A DNA stretch of 64,000 bases. It comes from Lama guanicoe (taxonomy: Eukaryota). Made by a program: the position numbers and the translations under genes. The stretch covers positions 417,146 through 481,145 of the forward strand of contig MU054400.1 in NCBI GenBank assembly GCA_013239625.1, in the 5' to 3' direction. Each line of letters begins with the position of its first letter. Position 1 is the first letter of the stretch. The notes under the pieces are model-generated. The model had not been told where the DNA came from, did not search any database, and saw only the letters and a list, made by a program, of their open reading frames with translations. Positions 45,788 through 64,000 of this stretch are shown piece after piece.

Positions 45788-46885
45788 GTGAGTTTCAGCC
45801 CTCGCGCTTCCCCTCGTCCCGAGGCCGGCGCCATTGGCGGCGCCGGGAGGCCGGATGGAGCCGGGGTCGGGAGGCGGTTGGCTCCGCGTGGGCGGGAGGG
45901 TTGTCGGTTACTGTATCCACGATTTCGTTTCTGGAGGGCTGGTAGGGGTGCTCTGGCAACCCTCGCCGGCGCGCAGCGACTGGCCCGAGACCTTTCCTGG
46001 AGCTTCCCCCACGTCCCGAGTAGCCTGGGGTCTCCAAGGACCTGCCGCCTCCGGCTTTCCCTCCGCCTGCGCTCGTTGGTGGGGGGGGGGTGCGGGGGGA
46101 GAGATGGTGGGCGACCCTACGCGCACGCGCAGAAGGAGCCGCGGGGCGAGGGGCTGCGGGAGGAGTCGGGCGGAGGCTGCGGCTTTCGCTTCTCTGGTCA
46201 CTTCTCTTTGTTGAGGGCTGGGCTTCTTTCACCCCTTCGATCCTGGGTGGGAGAGTGAAAGGAAGGAAACCCTAAAGTTCGGTGCCAAGTGCAGGGGAAA
46301 CCGCAACAACATGTAAACTACGCCTGCTTGTGAGGGCGAGAGGCGTTCGGCGGTCGAAGCAAAGGAGCTATAGGTCCTGTGATTGAGAAACAGCCTCCGG
46401 ATTGAGGGAGAGGGGCGCTTGTTTTCTGGAGCTGGTGGGGTTAGTGTCATAAAGCACTCCCCACCTTGTGCCCATATGTGTTTTCTAGGAAGTGTATGGT
46501 TCTTCAGATTTACTAAAGGTAATGTTAGTGGACTGAACCTAATAGTGCTCCTTTACTGCCCCCTGCAGTTGTTGGGGAAGGGAAACGGGAAGCATCCAGA
46601 CAATGGTCACAGTAGTGTGGAGGTTTTCATATGGGAGAAGGGGAAACAGCTGCTATAGGAGGCTTTTGAATTATTCCTTGATAATTATGAGCTTGTATAA
46701 AGTCTGTTAGCATTTACGGCTGAACTATCAAAGGAATTGTTACCTTCTCTGAAATTTAGGGAAGGCAATCCTCTTAAAATCCAATTTGTCTGAGAATATA
46801 TTTCTTTGCCTGAACTCTGATTTTACTGATTAAAACTACCAGTTGAAAGTCCGTTAAAATGGAATTTTCTTATTTCAGGCTGTAG

Positions 46886-55218
<8,333 letters not shown>

Positions 55219-55360
55219 TGGGGCCAGTGAGCACACTCACCACTGGCATTTTATTTGCAGTAGTGAATGAGTGAAGGACTATCATCATAATATGCTCACT
55301 ACTTGCTATTGTTTTTGTTTTAATATTCAACTATAGTAGTGTTTTAAAAGTTAATTGAAG

Positions 55361-55366
55361 AATAAA
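55361..55366 (+). terminator. DNAJA1 proximal polyadenylation signal
   Basis: AATAAA about 140 nt after the stop codon. Confidence 0.7.
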
Positions 55367-56879
55367 CTCAAATATAAAAGCTCTGACTTTGCCATGTATG
55401 TATGATGAGTTCAGTGTGCAAGATAAGTTCAATACCTGTAAAAACTTCCTTAAAAAAGTTTCCCCTAGCATTTGTTAGGTCATACCTTGTAATTCATTTC
55501 AGCTGTGTACATGGACTAGCTTAGACTGAAATGCTAGGTGTATGTATTGACTTCAGTGTATGACCCTTATTGTTAAGCTATGAAGTTAAAACTGTATTTA
55601 ACTGGCAGTCGGACAACTTAATTTGTAGAGAAGTGTTGGTCTGTATAGTTGTATTAAGTGGGATTCATTGTGATGCCTCCGCATTTATTCTATTGCCTTA
55701 GTTGTTACTTGAAGATGGCATGCTATATGATTTAATTTAGCCTGTGGTATCAGTGATAGAAATGATACCTTTCTAAAAAGGGGTTTATCATGACATGCTG
55801 CTTCTTGAGGGCTTGCATTTGTAGAATTGCATTCCCTTCTGCTGTGCCATCTTTTAATATAGATAACTATCGGTCCTGGTTATTTTTTTCCCTTCTCTTT
55901 GGACCACGATAAGCCTCAAAGTAGTAGTGACTTCTGGAGCAGGGTAACTTAGAAATTAGAGTGATGAGACCATTACATGGAGAAGTATTTTGTATGTATG
56001 AGATAAGGTGTTTTGCAGTATGTTACAGGCTTACTTCAAACCATTTAACTTATGCTCCAGAGTAACTGTAATTTAATGTTGGTAGTATAGCAAATTATGA
56101 CAAATAGCTTTAATTGTATGTTTAAGTCATTTGTTCACAAGCTTAAATCTGGATATCAGAATTTAAGCAATTCTTGAAATGTATGGATGTCTCCTTAATA
56201 CACTGATTACAAAGCATGTCCAATGTGTCACCAACAGGCTTTTTTTTCCCAGCTTAAAATACTGGCTTTTCAGTCAGGTAGGTAATTTTTCATTTAACTA
56301 GTTAAAATGAGTAATACAAAAAATACTATTTAGCCATAGTTTAATGTTTTAATACTAAACAAGGGTGGGGAGTGAAAATGGAGGGGTGAGTAAGAGCAAA
56401 AAAGAAGGAGTGGGGCTTAAAAATCTTGACAAACACTGGAGTGCGAGAGAATATGAGAGCTTTTTGCTTACTTATCCTGCTCTGGTTCTGTATCTCCTAT
56501 AATCAGGAGGTGTTTATTTCTAACCCGGAAGTAACCCACAACTTAAGTTCTCCTCAGAACACTTGAATTTAAAAAGGAGAGACAAACTTCCTATAAAGTG
56601 CAAATTTCCCAAACCTTCAGTATTTCATATCATAGTAACATTCTTAATTGATAGCCTCTCTCTCTTGTTTCTTGAGTTATCTTCTTTTAGTCTGTGGCCA
56701 GACAGCTACCCCTCGTATTTGGATATGAAGGTGTTCAGGAAAGGAAAACAAATATTCAAAATAATAGTTGACAAATTTTAGTTTTTATTGAATTTATTTA
56801 TATTACAGATTCTAAAAAGTTCTATAAGCCTGTATTGTAATGCATTTTAAGAAGCATTTTGAAAACTACAAAAATCCTT

Positions 56880-57450
56880 ACATGAGGCTTTCAGTATTAC
56901 CAGTCATGAGAGAAATACAGTGAAACTTACAGTGAGATATATACCAGTTCACACCTTCAATCCAAAATGAATTGAGAATGGAGAAATTGGAACCTTGTTG
57001 GTGAGCATATAAAATGGTGCAGTTTCTGTGGAAAACTTGGGCAGCTCTTCAAAAAGCCAAACATGGAATTCACCATATGACCCTGTAATACCATTCCTTG
57101 ATTCAGATAAATGTATGCCTATGTTTATTGTATCCTTATTCATAATAGCCAAAGGGGAAACAACTCATGTGTCCAACAGGTGGATAAACAAAATGTGTTA
57201 CATATGTATGTGATAGAAAATGACTTCCATTTATGAAATACTTAAGCAAATTTGTAGAGGCAGAGATTACCAAGGGCTGGGAGGAAGAGGAATGGAAAGC
57301 GTGTGCTTAATCGTTTGGGGTGGTTAAAGTTTTGAAAATACAGTGATGATTTGCACAACATAGTTTTTAATAATCATTAATGCTACTTAATTATACACTT
57401 AAAAATGGTCGAGTATGCTTTGCTTTTGTTTCACTACAGTTAAAAACTTA
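56880..57450 (+). mobile_element. Degenerate L1M 3' end
   Basis: Motifs taaaatggtgcag...gtggaaaac, caccatatgaccc, ttcataatagccaaa and ggataaacaaaatgtg. Confidence 0.85.
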
Positions 57451-60400
57451 AAATAGAAATCACTAGAATTAAAAATAGTTACAACCTGGAGAGGCAGAAA
57501 CTGACAAGTCTGTAGTCTGTAAAAACTAAAAATCAAATAATGCCTGTTTGGAATTCTAGCCAGGGTTGTTACAGAAATACAAGCGTATCCATGTAAGTGT
57601 AGTTCCTGGCCCCCACCACTAACGCTTTGTTACGCTTCATTCATACTTGCAGAGAGTAAGAATAGAAGCTGATTATGTCCCACAAGGGCCCTTGTGGAAG
57701 ATGGTGGCACATCTTTTGTGAAATGAGAGATCTTTCTCTGCCTTTAGTACTGGCTCTCAACCTTGGGCTACAATTGGAGTTAACCTGGGAAGCTTTAAAC
57801 ATGACTTGTGTCTCACTCTCCAGGGGTTTTGGTGTAGTTGAGCAGGGTGCAGCCTAAGCAACAGGATGGTTACATACAGTCAAGGTTCTATGCCACCACC
57901 ATGGGGACATGGTTATATTTATTACCTAGAACAGTAATGCCACTGTTAAAATGGCTGGAGATGGTCAAATAATGGCAGGCCTTGCTATTGCCAAGTTTGT
58001 TTCAGGCCAAGGGAGCCTCCCAGCCTAGACATATACCATGTATGATAATTTCCTGTCTTCTGAAATAATGTGTGAAGATGAAGCACGTGCTCTGAAAGCA
58101 CACTAAATGAAAAATGCTACCATGCTAGAGCAACACAGGTGCGCTCTGAAGGGTTTCTGAAATTTTGTACCTCTGCCACCTATCTGGTTATCTCAGCAAC
58201 CTTTGAGGACTGACAGAACAAGAATTAAAACACCCAACTTGTGAATGAAAATGCCCTCTATGTCTACAGGTTCTCAAATGTGAGCATGCTTGCTGAGCCC
58301 CACTGCTGCACTTTCTGATTCTGTAGGTCTAGGGTAGGACCTGAGAAATCTGCCTCTCAAACAAGTTGCCAGGTGAACACTCAGAACCACAGCTCTGTCC
58401 TAAGTGAAAAATGACAGCAGACTGGAATCCAGGTTCTTGTAATTCAGTATTCTTTCTATTCATCTCACTGCCTGTGTTCAGTTTAGATAAATTATTAACA
58501 GAATGTGGAGAAATAATCCATGGATTCTTTGCCCAAACCTCAAAACTGAGAAGAAACTGACAGCATCTAGATTGGAAAAGAGTAAAGAAAGTGAGCTTTG
58601 GAATCCGACCTGGTTTTCAGTTCCAGGAGCAAGGTATGGAACCTCTGGAAACCTGTTTCCTAATGTGTATTATGGGAATCAGAATAGGCTGCTGCTCTTA
58701 AAGTGGTTCTGAGAAGGCTGCTTACATAGTAAGGAACATCTTGATAAGTGCTATTAGTGGTAGTAATGCAAGTTGAAAAATAAATTCCTGGAGAAGATAC
58801 TGAATTGTACCTGAGATGTTATTTTTTAATAATATGCTGTGAGGTATTAGGTGGTGGTTTTCTAGAGTCATTCAACAGGTGAGTGGGGGAACAATTCATG
58901 GAGTTAACTTTAATGCCACGTATTTTGAGTTTCAAGTCCTGGAGAAGAGTATCGAGAGTATCAGTTAAATAGGTGGGCTGCAGCACAGCAGCTCCTTGAG
59001 AACCGACAGAAAATGGCCATTGATGGCTATCCAGCTGCTATCCACTCCTTTAGCCTCTGTCAATTTGTACACTGAACAGCAGCCCAGTAGCTCCAGTAGA
59101 TGCCTCCAGCCAGCCAGCCACTTCCTGCAGGGGTGAGAGCCCAGGTGCCCATCCCATTCCCACAGTTCCTTGCTGCTCAGCCCAGGGGCATACGCACCCC
59201 TTGGGTTAGTGTGGCGTGCCCTTCAGCTCCTGATGCTCCTTTTATGGTTAATCCCTCCAAGGAAGCCTTTCCTAACCCAGTAGGTCTGGGTAATGCCCCT
59301 CCCATTATCCAAAAAAAACCAAGATTTTCTCTTAACCCCAATACCTTAATCCTGTTAACCTGCTTTTTCTCCCCTATCTTCTGACAGAAACTGGTCTTTT
59401 TCGCCATCCTCAACATTAGGTGTAGGAGCAGTGGTGTCTGATAAAAATTCCCAGGAGGTGCTGACTAGATTCTTGCTCTCCATGAGCCTTGGCACAAAGT
59501 ATGCATCTCGTAATTGCCAGTTTGAGGCCATAGGTTAAATCAAAACTCCCAATTTCGTAAAGGAACTTTTTTCTAACTTTTTCCTAAGGTTTTTGTTTTG
59601 TTTAGCATAAGCTATTTCTTTTTACCTTAAGTGAAAGCTTCTTTGGGGAGGAACAGGATCTGTTCACATAGAGTGGTGGCTATTCACCTCTCAGAATGGC
59701 GGCAAATGACACCCCATGGAAAAGCTGCAGGTTTTGTGGCAAAGGGACGAAAAGTTTTGGGAATATGAGTGGGAAAGAAGGAATTCATAGTGCTGTTAAG
59801 AATTATTCAGCAAATACTGAGCAGTACCATGTGCTAGGTATAGCTGATCCCCAATACATGATCAGGCTGTGTTTTAAGGGACCATCGTAAGACTGCAAAA
59901 TCTTTCCCCACTAATTTTGTACCTAGTAATTGGGAGTATTAAAAGGAGACAGATAAGCCCTAACTTTCTTGAAATGGGTACCTAGCACAGTACCTTCACA
60001 CATCAACACAGGCACTCCATACATCTTTGGTTGAATGGTTGAAACAGAAAAGAGCCACATACAAAATATTTTCAAGGGTTTTGTTGGCTTAATTTTTTTC
60101 CTTTAACTGGTAATGATGCACATAGCAAAAAAGACTTCGCTAAATTTCAGGTGCTTTTCTAATTTTTCAGAACAGCAGCATATTTTCAATGCCAAACCTT
60201 CCTTTAAATACAAAGAGGATACTCAAAATGGAATTCTCATAGTGGATCCTACAACTAGTTCTGTCAATGAGATGGAGAGGATATTCTCTGGACTCAACAC
60301 ACAAGCAGGCACAGCTAAGAAAAAGGAGTGCACGGGTGAAGGCAATGAAATAAAGATGCTATTCAACACATGACCTTTTTACATTCAGTCATTCTACCCA

Positions 60401-60511
60401 GGAATTGACTTCCTGCTGTACTTAAGATTCAGGGATAATACTGTGCCTCTAAGTAAACATAACTAGACGAGTACTTACATTTAAGAACAAAGCCTCCAGA
60501 AAGGTGTAAAG

Positions 60512-60517
60512 TTTATT
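60512..60517 (-). terminator. SMU1 candidate polyadenylation signal
   Basis: TTTATT on + (AATAAA on -) about 380 nt downstream of the SMU1 stop. Confidence 0.65.
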
Positions 60518-60896
60518 AACATCTTTAAAAAAAATGGAACAGCTACTGTATTCGGGATAGTTAATAAGTTTTACTGTAGGAGGACCATTTTAATCAGCAT
60601 TTCAAATAATCAAAGGAGTACAGTTTTTTCCTAGAAATACCAGTATCTCACTCTACAGGTAAAAGATACTGAGAACATTAAGTGATTGCCCCAATTAGGA
60701 ACAGATAAGCAAATACCTTACATATTTTAACAAAGGGTAACCACTACGTGAATTTTCACAAAATTACTCTTGTGCCTTATTCAGACAATCTGCTTAGAAA
60801 AGCTGGCCTTTAAAAAAAAAAAGGGTGGGGGGCAGCACATGAATATGTCTCCATTTAAGTACATGCTCTCAGGGTAGTTAAAGAGAAAAGTTGAAT

Positions 60897-61097
<201 letters not shown>

Positions 61098-61394
61098 CTA
61101 CCTCTCACCAAAGGATTCAAGCCTAAGGTAGCCCCAGAGAGGGCTAAACAAACAGAAACCAAAAACGAGGCTATTTACACTTGTGCACTATAGCTGGTCC
61201 TAGGCCAAGACAGTGGCTGAGACCAAACAATTCCTTCAACTCTGGGAACTCAGTACTTCCTGAGTTGGAAAACCACATTGTTATGTTCACATCTTCAATC
61301 TGTACTGGAGGCTTCACAGGGCAGGTATACCAAAAGTTAACTTGAACAATTTGAGATGAGATTATTCTCTAACAGAGGTATGTGTGTAATTTTT

Positions 61395-61730
61395 CATACG
61401 TTCACCAGACCACTCCTTCCTGGACCACAGATGACTACATTTTCCCTGCCACCCCCCACACCCCTTGCATTTGGGCTGTGGGCACGTGACTGAATTCTAA
61501 CCAAAAATGGATAAGGAACAGATTAATAAAAACCACTTCCAGACGTGGGTCTTGAAAAACATCCAATATACCCCTCCAGTTATCGTTTCTCCTAAGATTT
61601 CAGAGGCCACGTATTCCAAACGGTGCATCTTAAAGACGGAAGATGATGATGCAACTTCTATCACACTGTGACATGAGAGAAACTTTCATTGTGCTAGGCC
61701 ACTGAGATTTGAAGATTGTTACAGCAGTTG
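61395..61730 (+). mobile_element. MaLR (MLT1-like) LTR in the last SMU1 intron
   Basis: gactacattttccctgcc...gggcacgtgactgaattct...aactttcattgtgctaggccactgagatttg...ttgttacagcag. Confidence 0.65.
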
Positions 61731-62036
61731 CCATTAATTACTCATACTACTGACTCTCACACCACAGAGCTGCTTAAAATATAATTGGTTTGATAGGATA
61801 ATACATAAATAATTTACCTTTGAAAGGACATGGGAGAGGACTAGCTATATCTGCCACTCTCCAATTGCTCTGGGGAAGGTCTGACTAATCTAGCTGGCTT
61901 GTTCCCTTCTTTTCTGCTTTCCATCCTGAGGAAAGCTGAGGGCTCACTAAAGGATGATACAAGAGATAATTCCATACAGTTACTATGGGCCCTATATTTA
62001 GTGATTAATTTTTTAATTTTTTTATATCAAGGTTCA

Positions 62037-62282
<246 letters not shown>

Positions 62283-62734
62283 CTAGATCATAACACAACA
62301 CCCAAGGTAAAAACAAAACATGGATTAGCAACAGTTCTGCTGCAGCAGTTTAAACTGACAACTCTTTTTATTTTGTACTTTGGTTTACTGTCATTCATAA
62401 CTAGATTACCAATTCCATTAACCGTGTGCTAGATCCTCTGGCCTGGGCAATATTCAAAGGATAAGCTATCTGAAGTCAGTGGCAGAATTTTACAATTCAG
62501 ATGTCCCAAGTCACCAATCCCGCTCTTTAATAGTCTACTGGGCCATTTTACCCAGAAGCAAAATGATTATCACACACAATTTCCTGAATCAACATAATAC
62601 CAGTTCTCAAAGCTCAATGGACCCATGCTTCCGTTTCCTTTTTCTGACAGAATGGGATGCCCTCCACATTCATGATAGAAATCTGTCTCCAGGACTTGCT
62701 CTAGTTTATATACCATTAAAATAATCATAAATCA

Positions 62735-63390
62735 AGTTGAGAAAACCGATCTCAAAAGGTTATATATGATTCCATTTACTATTCTCAAAATGAAAAATTA
62801 TAATGGAAGAGATCAGTGGTTGCCAGGGGCTCTGACTGCAAGGGAAGGGTTTAACTATAAAAGTGTAGCACGGGGGAGTTCCTTTGGGGGTGATGAACAG
62901 TTCTGTATCTTGACTGTGGTGGTTACGTAAGTCAACACATAAGATGAAAGTGGTGGTTACATAACACGAGATGAAATTTCACAGAACTATTCATGTCCTA
63001 CCTCAAAAATGAATGCATGTTAAAAACCAGTGAAATCTAAATCAGGATTGTATTTGGGTTAATAATTCTGTACCGATGTCAATTTCCTGGCTTTGATAAT
63101 TGTATAATGGTTATGTAATGATAACATCATCATTGGGGGATGCAGGGGAAAAGAGTACAGGAACTCTGATCTCTTTTTGCAACTTCTTTTTGGCCCTTTT
63201 TTTTTTAAATGTTTTCTTTATTTTCTAGTGGGGGTAATTAGATTTACTTATTTTTTAGATGCAGATACTGGGGATTGAATCCAGGGCCTCATGCGTACTA
63301 GGCACGCACTCTACCACTGAGCTATACCCTCCCCCTGTTTTTGCAACGTCTTTGTGAATCTAAAAACAAATTTATTTTTAAGTTTTTAAA
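62735..63390 (+). mobile_element. Old L1M 3' end (host of the SINE)
   Basis: Motifs tatgattccattt, agatcagtggttgccagggg and aatttcctggctttgataattgta. Confidence 0.75.
63190..63335 (-). mobile_element. tRNA-derived SINE (camelid type) in a SMU1 intron, nested in an old L1
   Basis: GGGGGAGGGTATAGCTCAGTGGTAGAG...GATTCAATCCCCAG on the minus strand with an A-rich tail; TSD TTTTTGCAAC(T/G)TCTTT at 63174-63189 and 63338-63353. Confidence 0.9.
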
Positions 63391-64000
63391 AAGCAAGCAG
63401 AAGACTAGGAAGTGGGCAGCTATGGCTATTATGCAATGTCCCAGCAGATACTACAGACCAGCCATCCCAACCATGGAATCTAAAGTACCAATTTATCATT
63501 TATAGGGACTCAAACAATGGAGAGAGAGATCCACTCATCAGCCCGTGGGTCTTCTCCATGCTCAGCAGGATCACCAAGTGCCCAGGCCAACATTTCAGTA
63601 GCATCACAACACATTCTCAAGGCCTGAGACCTCAACCTTGTGCCTGTGTCCCTGGTGCTTAAACAGCGAGGTTATGATTGCAAATACACATCGTGAAGAC
63701 ACTGTTGCTCTTCTCCTATTGGAGTTCCACCTCAGATCATATGGTAGCTAGACGTCCCAAGCTGGTAAGGCACACACTGTCTCTCTCCTACACAGGGATT
63801 ATTACATCTTAAAATTTTCAGTGAGGTTTTCTGAAGGAGGCTTAAAGACAGTCTCATTTATCCAAAGGATGCAAAGAGCATAATCACCCTGGGGAAAGGA
63901 GATAACTTTTGAGATGCCGAAAAGATGTTTTGTTGATGTAGAATTTAAATATGTGTCTGGAAAACAAATACAGTGTATATGGTTTTCGGAGTGGTGAACC

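Larger units (their letters stand above)
45150..46420 (+). promoter_or_regulatory. DNAJA1 CpG-island promoter
   Basis: Very GC- and CpG-rich; ETS site ACTTCCGG near 45617-45624; TATA-like box; heat-shock elements. Confidence 0.9.

Noticed and set aside
45158..46275. Many overlapping 100-157 aa ORFs on both strands
   Set aside because: They coincide with the DNAJA1 CpG island; GC-rich DNA lacks stop codons and the peptides are low-complexity Arg/Gly/Pro/Ala with no recognisable domain.

Overview
Mammalian genomic DNA, probably a camelid judging by the tRNA-derived SINE and L1 3' ends, carrying the conserved APTX(-) / DNAJA1(+) / SMU1(-) gene block. APTX (aprataxin) is complete on the minus strand: a CpG-island first exon near 27.9 kb plus 7 coding exons at 20050-12670, giving 341 aa. 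DNAJA1 (Hsp40/Hdj2) is complete on the plus strand: a non-coding exon 1 plus 8 coding exons at 46889-55218, giving 397 aa, with heat-shock elements at the promoter and one GC-AG intron. Only the last two coding exons and 3' UTR of SMU1 are present. The remainder is intronic or intergenic DNA rich in L1, L2, MIR, MER, LTR and SINE relics, with a U6 snRNA retropseudogene and a probable retroposed mRNA 3' end. I found no convincing new multi-gene system. The most interesting observation is the apparent loss of the upstream ATG and reading frame that encode the N-terminally extended (reported mitochondrial) aprataxin isoform. Repeat family names and ortholog comparisons are recalled from memory, not from a database search.
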